Shown: positions 13,002 to 26,266 of the stretch, one piece after another | Numbering within the stretch: position 1 is the first letter of the stretch | Layout of the letters: every line of letters begins with the position of its first letter | Assembly: GCF_041146345.1 (NCBI RefSeq) | Contig: NW_027191402.1 | Location: 1,116,001-1,180,000, forward strand | Origin: Neodothiora populina | Lineage: Eukaryota | Direction of reading: 5' to 3' | DNA: 64,000 nt | Notes under the pieces: generated by a model | What the model saw: only the letters and a program-made list of their open reading frames with translations | Told to the model about the DNA's origin: nothing | Database searches by the model: none | Made by a program: the position numbers and the translations under genes

Positions 13002-14045
13002 CTACATGCCTCCCCACTCGATGCAAAACGATCTTACTTTGTCTTCATCCTTTTCTTCTCCTCCAATGAGAAATCCTTTCTTCACGCCTGTCCCTAATCG
13101 GCCACCGCCAACAATGTCGAGCAAATCAAACTCATGATCCCAGTCCATGCCGTTGCACAAAAAGTGGCTGTGAAACCGCAACGGGTCACCGGGATACGCC
13201 ATATACTGACAACCGAACCTCAAACCAGGCGCCAGAAAGTAGTCTTTCTCATGCATGTGCTTGAATAGCGGATATGACGAAGTGACGGCGGGCAGCGGAA
13301 GTGAATCCTGTGAGGAAGGTGGTGCAGATCGCAAAGGGGGATGTGAAGTTGTAGGTGTAATTTTCAGAGCATCAAACTCGACTCCGAGTTTGTCTGTAGG
13401 CACGGCTGAAGGCACAGCAGGCGTCGGTTGACTCGAAGAAAATAATGACTCTCCCATGTCATTACCTTGTGGAACGACAGGAGGCATTTGAAGTCGCGGA
13501 GTAACTGTGCCAGATGCAGGTTGTGAAGGAGAAGGAGATGGTTGACCTCTGACTTTTTTTGTCTTTGGCTTGCGAGGCGCCGACAGCATATCATCTGGAA
13601 TGTCGTTCCAGTCGCCAGAAGCCTGTCCGTTCTTTTCCGCTATCTTTTTCAACGCATCCTTCTTCCTGTCGACAGCAGCTTTTTGCTGAGCCTTTGTCGC
13701 GTCGATGCCTTGCTTCTTGACGTTCTTGAGAAACGCCTTCTTCTCGTCTGCACTTAGATTGTGCTCGATGAAGGCGCTTTTATGCTCAGCGACATCGTCA
13801 ACAATATAAGCAACGCCTTTCTCAACAAGGAGACGCGCCTCCTCCGGCATCAACTCAAGTGGAATGCCTAGGAAGACATTCTGCTGCGGAGCCTGAGGCA
13901 ATCCGCCCACGAGGACACCAGTGATGTGATGCTTGCGACGTATATAGCTGATGGTATCGATATCATACAGCACATAGCGCTTGGCAACTTGGAAGATGGG
14001 GAAAGGTTCCTCTACATCTTTGACTTCGTTGTTCATGTCGGCCAT
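13002..14045 (-). CDS. SEN34: tRNA-splicing endonuclease catalytic subunit Sen34
   Basis: PQQNVFLGIPLELMPEEA and PGLRFGCQYMAYPGDPLRFHSHF...GGGRLGTGVKK motifs. Confidence 0.95.
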   Translation of the reverse strand: MADMNNEVKDVEEPFPIFQVAKRYVLYDIDTISYIRRKHHITGVLVGGLPQAPQQNVFLGIPLELMPEEARLLVEKGVAYIVDDVAEHKSAFIEHNLSADEKKAFLKNVKKQGIDATKAQQKAAVDRKKDALKKIAEKNGQASGDWNDIPDDMLSAPRKPKTKKVRGQPSPSPSQPASGTVTPRLQMPPVVPQGNDMGESLFSSSQPTPAVPSAVPTDKLGVEFDALKITPTTSHPPLRSAPPSSQDSLPLPAVTSSYPLFKHMHEKDYFLAPGLRFGCQYMAYPGDPLRFHSHFLCNGMDWDHEFDLLDIVGGGRLGTGVKKGFLIGGEEKDEDKVRSFCIEWGGM

Positions 14046-14554
14046 GTTTCTCTAACATCACAGGTCAGCCGTGAATCAATGGCAGGAGCAGATGAGATGA
14101 GTGGAAATTTTGCTAGTGAATCATAAAGAGCATAGCATTTTGTATCGTCATTGTAAGCCGTAGCTTTTCAGGGGATTGACAGATTGATAAAATGAAATTC
14201 TAATCATTTAAAAACAGGGAGATGGGAGTAAATATGCACTTACTGTTGTCCTCGAGATACAATGTGAGAGTGGCTGGTCGTGACGACCCTGAGTGCTGTG
14301 TTTCAACCCATTTTAAGTCAAAGATAGAAAGGGAAAGGAGAACGTTGCACCTGCAGAATAAAACGGAAGCTTTTTGTTGAATTCGCCTCGAATATTGGAT
14401 AAATTTGTTTGTTGTGGGGGCTCCGGTGTTTGTTTAGTTTGCTCGTGTTGCATCTGAATCATTTTCGCCGTGATCACCTTATATAGTTTGTTATGTAATC
14501 AATTTAACATATCTCTCACCATCTCACCATCGGTATTGCCAACGTCAAAACGAC

Positions 14555-14861
14555 ATGGGCGCCATCGTAGTGCTCGTGTTATTGTTTTTGCTGCCTATTG
14601 TCGGACTTCTCGGTACGTCAGCTTCCAAATGAGTATTGACCATCATCTGACGCATTAATAGCATGGTTTGTACTCTCTTCGTGTTTAGGAGACAATGTAC
14701 GTGCGAGGGTAGCAGCTGTAGACTTTGACCCGCGTCGTGGCGCATATGGCAGAAGCTACGCTCGTGGTATTGGATTCGGCATGGGACCCGCGACTTCCGA
14801 GCAGATTGAGATGGAGGACGTGATAGCCAAGTCTTGGGATGAGAGGGAGGCCGAAGATTGA
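14555..14861 (+). CDS. small (85 aa) N-terminally anchored membrane protein, not in the ORF track
   Basis: join(14555..14612,14662..14861). Donor GTACGT, branch CTGAC, acceptor TAG. Product MGAIVVLVLLFLLPIVGLLAWFVLSSCLG...EQIEMEDVIAKSWDEREAED*. Confidence 0.65.
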
Positions 14862-14884
14862 GACGGGTATATGCATTCGTTCTA

Positions 14885-16134
14885 TCAGAACTCGATATCT
14901 ACCTTGGTGGCCTTTCCTACAGCACCTCCACCGCCACCGCTTTGTTCTGCCATTTGTTGAGCTTCCGTGTCCCCTTCGGCAGGTGGTAGGGAGAACGGTT
15001 TTATAACAAATCTCCTACGACTGACAGTAAACGCCAAATCGTCCCCTTCTCTGACTCCGCCTCCACGATCTGTATTCACTGGCAACTTGTGGGTGTGGAA
15101 CATCCCCTGCGGTTGCTCATCCACTCCACTCCTTGTACCTCCAGACTCCGCAAGGCTGTTGCTTGCATCCATGAGGTGTGGAAAAGGAGTCAGCTCCAAT
15201 ACTCCATCCGAGAGAGTCTCAGCCCAGCGCACGAGAGCTGTCTGTCTACCGTAGAGCGACAGAGGGAATGAAAGCATCGCTGTCAATCGCGATGGATGTT
15301 GTCGGAGCAAAGCACGGAGTGAATGCAAAAAGCCGAGGAAGTGCTGTGGTAAACTCGCATGCGGCGGATACAGCGCTGGACTCAGTAGTGTTGATATCAC
15401 TAGACGATGTACAGTGTTTGCAGGACTTGAGACCAAAGACTGTGACACAGACTTCAGGATACTATCGAATGGTGAACTCATTGGGTTCTTCGATATAGGA
15501 ATGTGATTGATTGGAGCACCAGTAGGTACAACCAACCGCTTGGCCAAGTCGAACGTGTGGCAAAATGCAGTACTCTGTTGCACATCAGGTGAGCTCGGAG
15601 GTGCTCGATTTGGAAGGACTGCAAACCAAGGCAACTCTTTAGTATTTCTCTACAATAAAGAGGCGAAGATGACACACCTCTTCTATCTGCATCAGTCTGG
15701 TTCAAACGTTCATATCTCCACGCAATCTTCATTTTTTCTTCATCTGCTGCTTTGCGTTTCTTTTGTGCAATTGCCTCCGCTTCTGCTGCAGCATCAGCAG
15801 CCCCTACAAGCCCCGGTAGCTCTTTAATCCACTGCTCGCCTCCCCCCACTATATGGAGAGTGTGCCCTTGCGTGATACCTTCTGCTGCATAATATCGTAA
15901 AAGAGCTCCGGCAAAGTCTGTGGTGCCACTTTCTTCGATCAACACCGAAGAGCCCAATGCGAGACCAGCATGGCCCCCTAGCAGGCCATCCAGAGAGTAC
16001 GCGCCCGTAGACGTGGTCAATTGACCGGTCAGAGGGGAAGGTCGAACCCCTGGTATATTCTCTTTGATCTCCACGCTGTCGCTAACAGAAGAAGTCGCTC
16101 GCTGAATACCGACATTTCGTTTGCGAAAGGCCAT
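14885..16134 (-). CDS. ELP4: Elongator complex subunit Elp4
   Basis: PGVRPSPLTGQLTTSTG..SLDGLLGGHAGLALG, EESGTTDFA..LLRYYAAEG, MKIAWRY, FCHTFDLAKRL, DLAFTVSRRRFVIKPFSLPP. Intron 15619-15677. Confidence 0.95.
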
Positions 16135-16518
16135 ATTGTATGTGACCGATCATGAGTGTGCGAGAGATGTTTGTAAATCAATAGCGATGACGACTGGTTC
16201 TAGAATTTTACAGACATAGATTGATCTTATCTTATCGTGATGAAATATCTAATCGCCGATGAATCCGCGTGACTAAGTTACTTGTTACTGTTGATCGTCT
16301 GTGCTGTCTGAACACGGCTTAGTGCAAGCTGCTGACCAGACAGGCTCATCTGATTCGTCGAGATTCAGTATTACTCCCGGTCACTCCAGGGTCATGAGCT
16401 AATCTGAGAACGCGCAGACTTGCCGCGGTTGTTATCGCAGTTGATTTTTGCTTTTGTTTCTTGCTTCTTACTATGTAGACCGTCTCTCGTCTCAGTTCTT
16501 CCTCCATCATCCGCAATC

Positions 16519-17865
16519 ATGAGTGTCTCAAAGTTGTCCCAGTTTGGCGTCAAGCATGTTGCACGTGGAATTGGTAGACTTTCCAAAGAAGTGCTTGAAA
16601 GTGGTTCGGGCAGTTATGTGACAACTACAGAAGGTCGTAAACTGCTAGACTTTACGTGTGGTATTGGTGTCACAAACCTTGGTCATTGCCATCCAGCAGT
16701 GACCAAGGCTGCGCAGGCTCAAGTCGGCAGATTGGTCCATGGTCAGGTCAACATTGCTTTCCAGAAGCCATATCTCGAATTGGTCGAGTCACTTCTGCCG
16801 ATGATGCCTCACAAGTCTCTAGACACGTTTTTCTTCTGGAATTCTGGATCGGAAGCTGTCGAAGCAGCGGTCAAGCTGGCCAGACACGCCACGAAGAAAC
16901 AAAACATCATTGTCATGCAAGGATCCTACCACGGTCGTACCTTCGGAACCATGGCCATGACCCGATCGAAGACTGTCTATGGCGAGAACTTTGGCCCCCT
17001 GATGCCTGGCGTTTTCTCTGTTCCTTTTCCCTACTGCAAACAATGCGCCATTTCAACGCATTCTGATGGCAAATACGGATTCGAAAATTGTTGTATGGAT
17101 CCTGTTACGCAACTCGAGTTGCTGCTGAAGCGAGAGACTGCACCGTCAGACACTGCTGCCATTTTCATCGAGTCGGTTCTTGGTGAAGGTGGCTATGTGC
17201 CGCCACCCGCCGGTTATCTTGCCGCAGTCCGCAAGATCTGTGATAAGCACAACATCCTGCTTGTGGTAGACGAAGTGCAGTCAGGTTTCGGACGAACTGG
17301 AAAAATGTTTGCCATTGAGCACTACAATGTTCGGCCAGATATTCTTATTATGGCCAAGGGCATTGCCAACGGATTCCCCCTATCGGGTATTGTGTCCCGC
17401 AAGGAACTGATGGATACACAGAAACCTGGAAGTATGGGAGGAACTTATGCAGGTAATGCAGTAGCTTGCGCCGCCGGTGTAGCAGTCGCAAAGGCATTCA
17501 AGGAAGAGAAAATCCTTGATAATGTCAATGCTCGTGGCAAAGAGCTACGAGCCGTACTCGATGCAGCTGCAACAAATCCAAAGACGAAGAAGATTGTGCA
17601 TGATGTCAGAGGATTAGGACTTATGTTGGCCCTCGAGTGTGCACCTGGAAAAGGCTACGCATCAAAGATCCAGGCAAAGTGCATGGAGAAAGACATGCTT
17701 TTGCTTACGACATCAATTTACGATACCCTGAGATTTATTCCCGCATTGAACATCACGAAGGAAGACATGGCAAAGGGCTGCAAGATCATTCAGGAGGCAA
17801 TTGAAGAGGTTGCCGCTGGCGATGAGGTTACTGAAACGCCGACAAAGGGCCAAGCTCCCGAGTAA
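16519..17865 (+). CDS. class III PLP aminotransferase (4-aminobutyrate aminotransferase, GabT-like)
   Basis: Intronless. LDFTCGIGVTNLGHCHP, NSGSEAVEAAVKLAR, SYHGRT, DEVQSGFGRTG, AKGIANGFPLS, GGTYAGN. Confidence 0.92.
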   Translation: MSVSKLSQFGVKHVARGIGRLSKEVLESGSGSYVTTTEGRKLLDFTCGIGVTNLGHCHPAVTKAAQAQVGRLVHGQVNIAFQKPYLELVESLLPMMPHKSLDTFFFWNSGSEAVEAAVKLARHATKKQNIIVMQGSYHGRTFGTMAMTRSKTVYGENFGPLMPGVFSVPFPYCKQCAISTHSDGKYGFENCCMDPVTQLELLLKRETAPSDTAAIFIESVLGEGGYVPPPAGYLAAVRKICDKHNILLVVDEVQSGFGRTGKMFAIEHYNVRPDILIMAKGIANGFPLSGIVSRKELMDTQKPGSMGGTYAGNAVACAAGVAVAKAFKEEKILDNVNARGKELRAVLDAAATNPKTKKIVHDVRGLGLMLALECAPGKGYASKIQAKCMEKDMLLLTTSIYDTLRFIPALNITKEDMAKGCKIIQEAIEEVAAGDEVTETPTKGQAPE

Positions 17866-18053
17866 ATATTCTATTAGCGTTAATGAGCCAAATCTAGTTT
17901 TTCCTGTCCATGATAATTCGAGTCCAGTCAGCGAAGGAATATGAACGTAATCGATTCCTCCATCGAGATCACGAATCTCTCGAGTGACCTCCATTGCTGC
18001 AAAGGAATGGCATGCATCCGATTATCCGTCGTTTCTCGTGCCAGTATTGTTCA

Positions 18054-18470
18054 CTAAGCAATCGCGCCTATTTTTCTGTTGGCTTGATACCTTTGCCGAA
18101 TTTTGGCCTTAACGCCCCTGAACAGCTTATCGGCAATGAGTTTCTGTATGATTGGCTGCTCGTTATGCTCCTCGAATGCCTTACGACCCGTGTATCGTTC
18201 AAAAAAATGGAACAATGTAGGATCATTTCCATCTCTAGCTATGCAATAGTAGATGACACCCGGCTCAAAATGTGCAAGTCGTGTGGTTTCCGCGTAGACT
18301 AGCTCCAAGGCATCGGCGTGCTCAGGATAGGCGTGGACCTGTAAAGTTCGTTAACCAAGTTAACGGCTGACAAGTACAAAACTTACGGTGCCATATACGC
18401 AAAACTCATCTTCGGGGATGGGTGGTAATTCTGTAAGGAAGCCCTCCGTATTGCTAGACTCTTCGAACAT
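18054..18470 (-). CDS. ABM/dimeric alpha-beta barrel (antibiotic biosynthesis monooxygenase-like) protein
   Basis: ATG at 18470, intron 18339-18386. EFCVYGTVHAYPEHAD...EPGVIYYCIARD...FHFFERY...AFEEHN. The C-terminus may be shifted at an A4 run near 18103. Confidence 0.75.
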
Positions 18471-18973
18471 TTCTGGGCTTGTTGTACTATGCTGGTTGGT
18501 TTCTTCATTCTCAACGTTCACCTGCTCTGAAGTATGAGTCGATTGCTATGTACCTTCCTAATTTGGTGATCAATCGTGCATCGCAGCTCGAGAACTGCCC
18601 CGAGACCATGCCAAGTCGAAGTCTTACTAAGCAGATCCTCTTTCTTCAGGCACTTGAAACGCATCAAGGCCCAAAATGCTCACCACCCCGCAAGCTGAGA
18701 ATGATATATCATTTAGTGCGTGTTCATCTGTGTGTCTAGTAGATCTATCTGATAAGATGTCCGAAGAGAAATACCTGGCATCGTGCAGACGCGTCCTGCT
18801 CGCTTCTGACAATGTCGGAGTTAGCTCTAAAATAACAGCTTGCGCTGCTGTGAACATTTTGTGCTTTTAGGAATGGCACTTAGAACAAGAGCTCATCAAA
18901 CAGCATAGTCTCCTAGAGAGTATCCTCGGCACGGCCAGAGGTTGTGTGTCGGTCCATAGAGTGCTGGAAATAA

Positions 18974-19392
18974 AAGGCAGCCGACGACGAGGTAAGGCAG
19001 TATTCTCTCAAGTAAGGTACCTATAGGTAGGTACCTTACCTCAGTGAATTAGCATGTGCGTCATTTCGAATGTGAGATTCTGGTGTGTCCTGAATTAAGG
19101 TAGGTACCTATGTTTGTGAAGATCGAAGGCTCGTACCGCTGTCGCTCTCGGTCAGACTTCCCCAGACGCTCCGCTTTGGCTGTTCCGATATATCCGAGCG
19201 TTTGATAGTAGGGTAGCATTTGTAGACTGTTGGAGATGGAAGGCAGTTGACGACCAGTATTCTCCCAAGTAAGGTAGGTACCTGACCCTAGTGAACATGC
19301 AAAGCATGCATGTCATTTTGCACATAAGATCCCGGTGAGTTCGAGAATAAGGTTGCAAGTACCGAAGGCTCGTACCGTCATCGCTCTCGGTG
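18974..19392. repeat. diverged tandem duplication of about 160-180 bp (about 18974-19152 and 19240-19392)
   Basis: The same blocks occur in the same order in both copies: AGGCAG..GACGAC, CAGTATTCTC.CAAGTAAGGTA, AGTGAA, GTCATTT, CGAAGGCTCGTACCG, TCGCTCTCGGT. Confidence 0.75.
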
Positions 19393-20030
19393 CGAGCTCC
19401 CCAGGCACTCCATTTCGGCTCTTCCGACCTGTCCGGGGGTTGTAGGGTGGGGTGTTTGAGTTTGTTCAAATTCGACTTTACTCAAGGACAAATCAGGGCT
19501 GATCGGAAGAAGTCTATATCACGTATTTGTGCCATTACCCGAGTCGACCAATGAGAGCTACGTCGCATCTGGTACATCTGGTCCACCTGTCGCCATACTG
19601 TGACAGATAAGTCGATCTATTTCCGCTGACGGACGTAGGTCGTGTATCTTTGCCAATCGTCTTCACATGTGAGTCGCTCTAATCGGTGTCTCCGGCATCT
19701 CAAAATTCACTGGGCGATGTGCTGAAGCTTTTCCTTACCGAGATGATGGAACACCCAGATAGACTCAAGAAGAAGCATACCGGAAGCTGGCGGCATAGGA
19801 AAAGCTGGCTTAGGCAGGGCTAGTCCATGCCGAAGGAGATGTATGGGACTTCAGATGCGCTGAGCTCCACCTTCAAGTCACGTCACGCCGGTTCCGACCC
19901 TCTCAAACCGCATAATGTTGCACATCAATGAGTGGCGTGAACACCCACCCCAACAGCTTCCAGCATGACGCGTGTCAAACAAGAGTGCTAGCATATATAA
20001 AGTGGCATGGTGCACCTCAGTACACATCGA

Positions 20031-21172
<1,142 letters not shown>

Positions 21173-22125
21173 TTGCGATTGTCAAGAGGCCGGAGCCCGC
21201 GCCGGATTTGTTACTACAACTCTCCCATCTTGCTTCTCTCTTGAAGATTAAAATACTCATAAACCTTTACCCATGCTTTTTCGTCTTTGACCATTCATAC
21301 CTAGTTTAACACCACACTCATTATTTCAAGCTGTAGTTGAAGATTCCAATGCGACCATGCCCAGATATGGCTACATTATACACGGTCCCTTTTTGGTCTA
21401 GAGACATGATGTAGTACTCTGTGAGACATCATATCGCCTTTGTAAGCTTTGTAATCTGCATAGCCTCTCATGAGTTTCTAAAGATATGATATTTGCTCAT
21501 GACCCATGTCACGAGTGCGTCAAATGCATACTTGGCATAGGACAGATCTGGTAGAGACCGGCAGTCCAACATGAAGCTAAGCGATGGACATCTGGTCGTC
21601 CTCTGGATTCGCTAAGATATAATGTTCTATACCAAGATGGATGACGTCGGAAATGAGTCTGGATCGAGTCTTGGTATTTCCTTGGTCGAACATTCCACTC
21701 CGCCCCGCTGGGCAGAGCTTGGCGAACACGACATGTGATTCCAAATCCACTTGTGCCATGCCCGAAAGCGATAAGGTTAAGATTAAAGTATTTTCTTAGC
21801 TCGACCTTGCCGCAATTCTTTGGGAGAATGATCGTCAAGATTGCCGTTTCGGGAGCATAAGTGGCCGCAGCATATAGATCGCAGGTCAAACCACAAGCAT
21901 ACACACACACTTGGCTCGAAGACCTCCCAAGGCCGCCACCGACAAGAGCCAAGTGGTTGCCATATCATTATCATATCACAACATGGAAGGAATAATGATT
22001 ATAAGTAGACTCGCCATCTCGCACCAGGAAGATAATAATCATCCACAGTTCCAACAAACAACTCACATATACACATTCACCAACACAAATACCATCGAGA
22101 ATCATCAATTATACATACTTTCATC

Positions 22126-22865
22126 ATGAAGTTCACCACCAGTTTTATTCTTTCCATCGCGGCCGTGGCTGCTGCCGCTCCCGCAGACATCACCTACCCA
22201 GCTCCTCCAGGTAAGGAATACATTCCCAAGCAGACCAAAAGAACTTTGGGTTGACATGCGTAGGCGGCTGGGACAAGGTTGATTACCCAGACGGAATCGG
22301 CGCAGGCAAGAATGACGTTCCCAAGGGAGGATGGGAGAGTGTCGACTATTCCGGAGGAAAAGCTCCTGCTGCTGCACCTGCCGCACCCGCGGCTCCTGGC
22401 AACGCTGGATCTTCTCCTTTTGTATTCACTTCCAGCTACCACGTCTCGGCTACTCCAGATCAGGTCGTCAATGGTACCACTCCTACCGGCGGCCTCAAGG
22501 GAGCCAGCGGTACCTTCGACTTTGGCATCAACTCTTTCACCAACACAATCTGCTACAACATCACGTTGTACGGATTCGAAGGCAACTACCAGTCTCCAGC
22601 ATTGACTGCGACCCACATTCACCAGTCTGCAAAAGGGGCCTCGGGTCCACCAAGAATCGCCTTCCCCAACCCTTCCGGCACAGGCCATGTCAGGAACTCA
22701 ATTGGATGCATTGTCGGTCCTTTCAAGACCGGAGTCATGGTCAACGGCGCAGACTCGGGTGATGGCTTCCACGTTTCGCAGATCGAGGCTGCACCGCAGA
22801 ATTTCAACGCCGATGTCCACTCTAGCCTCGCTGTCCCCGGTGCAGTTCGTGGTCAACTCGCTTAA
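22126..22865 (+). CDS. secreted CHRD-domain protein
   Basis: Signal peptide MKFTTSFILSIAAVAAA; intron 22211-22263; two GGW(D/E)xVDY repeats; ICYNITL...SPALTATHIH....G.SGPPRIAFPNP...ADVHS.....GAVRGQL. Confidence 0.85.
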
Positions 22866-23188
22866 GTTGATCGACGAAGGATAGGTTGGCGCATTTTTGC
22901 CTGATGCTTATCTATAGCGCGGTGTAATCTATATTCATTATAATTTACACAGAATCGATTTGTCTCCGCTTTTCCTCTAATCATCATGTCTTCCGCCTCT
23001 TTTCATCATAAATCCAATCACTATTCTTTCCCATTGAGATATGTCGTAGTTGTCTTATATGCGTCGCGCAACAGGTTATAATTGCCTAAATAGGTCAAAC
23101 GTAGCAATAAGTGATAAGACTTCTTGATAGAAAGCCTTCCCGCGTCTCCGTCACTCTCGAGTCATTAATAATCGTCGCCGCCGCTGCA

Positions 23189-23626
23189 ATGGAACCATCA
23201 AGCGTTGATCTCAAGGGTCCTACTATTGTGTCCAATGCAGAGCTCATTGCTCGAACCCCAGAGGGGTTTACCGATAACTCACGCGGAGAGGTGACTTGGT
23301 CAACTCTTTTCTCTGGCCCAGCAACACCAACCAACGCCTTATCTGCTGGAATTGCAACTTGCCCGCCAACTACTGGACACTTGCGTTTGCATCGCCATGT
23401 GCATGCAGAAATCTATCATATCATCGAAGGCAATGGAGTCGTCGAGGTGGAAGGAAAGGAATACAAAGTGCAGGCTGGCTGCTCGGTCTTTATACCTGGA
23501 GACTCAGAACATGGCATCAGGAACGAAAGTGACGTTCCGCTTAGATGGCTGTATGTTTTCGCATCAAACAGCTTTGGAGACGTTTGCTACAGATTTAAAC
23601 ATGAGCATGGGACCGTCGAGTATTGA
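23189..23626 (+). CDS. cupin (Cupin_2) protein resembling DddW/DddK-type DMSP lyases
   Basis: WSTLFSG..TPT..LSAGIA, LHRHVHAEIYHIIEG.G, FIPGDSEHG, LRWLYVFA..SF..V.YRF. Confidence 0.8.
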   Translation: MEPSSVDLKGPTIVSNAELIARTPEGFTDNSRGEVTWSTLFSGPATPTNALSAGIATCPPTTGHLRLHRHVHAEIYHIIEGNGVVEVEGKEYKVQAGCSVFIPGDSEHGIRNESDVPLRWLYVFASNSFGDVCYRFKHEHGTVEY

Positions 23627-24414
23627 GGTGGACAACGCGACGGATGGTTACGATCTTCCGCATGAGTGATGCGACACGAGGAGGAAGAGTGGTGCAATTA
23701 TGTCATGCCTAAACGGATCCAAGCTCCGGGACATGATTTGAGAGACGAAACACCGGCTCCGGAAGAGATGATTCTGGAGTAGAGACATAGACTGCCAAGA
23801 TATCCGAGAGAAAGTGAGCAGCTGAAATCAGCCTATACAACAATAGTCAGGTGTTTCAAACTTCAGCTCTGAATGAACCTGACATCCGAGGTTTACTGAT
23901 CATCCATGGACTCGTTGTAGCTTTCCGCACACGCAGACCAGAACAACGTGGAAATCATGAACTTCCCACGTGTTTGTGTATGGTTGATCTAGCCTGGGAA
24001 CTGCATAATTATTCAGGCTAATGAGATCGTGGTCTTTTTGCCTCGGACGACTTTCTTAATTTGAACTTGGTTTCCAACGCCATATTGATTTATGAGGGGT
24101 AATACGAAGTTTTGGTGGCAACCAAGGCGCGAAGCTTGGTAGAATAGTTACCAGATCACTGATGCGGGATGGCGTTAGATCGTATTTCTCCATCTTTGCT
24201 GGAGTCGATTGCGGGGAGAGTTCTACCGTTGTAAAGTCTACTCGGTATCCGTTAATCACCAAGGGATTGTTCGACATTGGTATGGGTTCGAACACGACCG
24301 ACACGACCGACCATGGAGAGTAGAAAGTAGTGGGTATGAAGGGTGGAAAATCACCAATACATAAGACGCATGCATCCCTCTTCGGTTGCTCTCATCATCT
24401 CCTCAATCACAAAC

Positions 24415-25517
24415 ATGTTCAGAAGACTAGCAACCGCCGCTTGCGGCCTCGCAACACTCAACAGGCCTTTGCCGCACCAGCTGCAGGATCTAAGCTCTCC
24501 AATGCTCCCGAGTCGAAACTCAACGTGAGAGCTACCGACCCAAAGGTCGGATACTTCTTCACCTCTTTCCCGGTCTGGGACGAAGCCATCTACATGCACA
24601 TCAGTGTCGGAAACGACCCCCACACTTACGACAGACTCTCCCTCGATGGCACCGACAAGACCGAGGCAATCCTGAGATCCAATGTCGGAACCAAGGGTGT
24701 CCGTGATTCTTTTATTGTTCCTTCTCAAGATGGTAGCAAGTACTGGCTCCATGCTACCGACTTGAATGGAAATGCGTATGGAAACAATTTTATAGAAGCA
24801 TCCAAGTTCGGCGGACGTGGAATGGTTGTTTGGGAATCGACCGATCTCGCGACGTGGAGTGCGCCAAGATTGACCAACAATCTTGTGAACGCATCTGCTG
24901 GAAATGCATGGGCACCCGAATCAAATTGGGACCCCTTGACCAAGTCTTATGTGACGGTCTTTGCCTCTCGCTTCTGGCCAGACTCTGATCCACAGAGAAG
25001 TGGACCAGTGCCCGACAATGTCTTGATGTATGTCACTACCCAAGACTTCAAGACTTTCTCGACCGCCCAGACATACTTTTCCCCAGGATATCCAGTGATT
25101 GACGCCACTCTCCTTTATGCCCCCGACGAAGGTGCCAACGTCTGGTACCGCTGGGTCAAGAGTGAAGTCGATTACAAGGTATTCCAGCAGCGTTCTACAA
25201 ACGGCATCCTCGGAAAGTTCACAAACGTCGGAAACGCTCCCGAAGGTACCAGAGTCCAGTTTGCTTCTCAATATGACAACAACGAGGGTCCTCTCATCTT
25301 TCGCGACAACTTGGACAGCAAGGAATATAATTTGTGGATCGATGAGAACACTTTAGATTCGTATATCCCGGCGACCGCAACCACTCTTGGTGATATGGGC
25401 GCTTGGGTTGCTGATGGTCTCAACAACTTCCCCGAGCATGTCAAGCACGGTAAAGTCTTGCCTGTAACTCAGAAGCAAATCAATGCCATCAGAGCAAAGT
25501 ACAAGGTAGTGTCTTAA
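24415..25517 (+). CDS. secreted GH43-like glycoside hydrolase with an apparent 1-nt frameshift in the signal peptide
   Basis: GTKGVRDSFI, ATDL, VWESTDL..WS, NAWAPES.WD, VIDAT, EGPLIF, KHG. The ATG at 24415 (MFRRLATAACGLATL) is one base out of frame with QQAFAAP at about 24459. Confidence 0.82.
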
Positions 25518-25612
25518 GTGATGGACACGAAGAGGTCTGTAGAGTCGATAGGAACAGATAGATATTCTACAATGTACAATGTGTCTCTCAAGCAGTAGTG
25601 TGCCTACCTTAC

Positions 25613-25695
25613 TGCAACAGTAGCAACAGCAGCAACGACAGCAACAGCAGCAACGACAGCAACAGCAGCAACGACAGCAGCGGCAGCAGCAGCAC
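25613..25695 (+). repeat. CAG/CAA/CGA triplet minisatellite (18-bp unit x3)
   Basis: cagcaacagcagcaacga repeated, ending in cagcagcagc. Confidence 0.9.
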
Positions 25696-26266
25696 CATCG
25701 TCCGTTCAAAATCGACACCAAAAACATCGCCCTACTGGGCACCCGTGAGCGACCAGGTCAGCGTGGTGAGAGCATTGGGGTAGCAGCAGGCAGCAGGCAG
25801 CAGGGCGCAGGGGCACAGTCGACACGATCTCACGCTCTGGTCATGACTAGTTATGGTACTGTGCAGAACGCCGGAGGGTCACAAGGGAGGTGAAAGCAAA
25901 GGCTGAGGCGGAGATGGATTCCTCTTGCTTGTGTGTGCCTGCGCGATCAGGCTCGCTCTGCTAGAGTGCCGAGTGAGCGAGTGGTGAGCGGTGTCGTCGA
26001 TTGAAGAATGAGACTTCTCTGTTGTCGCATGAATGGTCGAACTCACATCTGCATTGAGACATTTCATGTACAGACGACTGTAATAATATTGATTTTTCTG
26101 GCATACCTTAGGATGACCAATGACACACGAGAGGGGTCGGCCGACACACTGGTGCAGCAAAGGTCGGATTTGGATCCGCGTCGATATATGTCTGTGAAGG
26201 CAGAAAAGCTGATAACGACATTTGTAAATTTACAATTTCTACAGAATGTATAAACAAAAGGCAAAA

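Noticed and set aside
21509..21952. 147-aa minus-strand ORF
   Set aside because: Non-ATG start, no motif and no supporting splice structure.
22266..22350. GGW(D/E)xVDY repeats in a secreted protein as a second RiPP precursor
   Set aside because: No dibasic sites between the repeats, they are fused to a CHRD domain, and they lie 10 kb from the DUF3328 genes.
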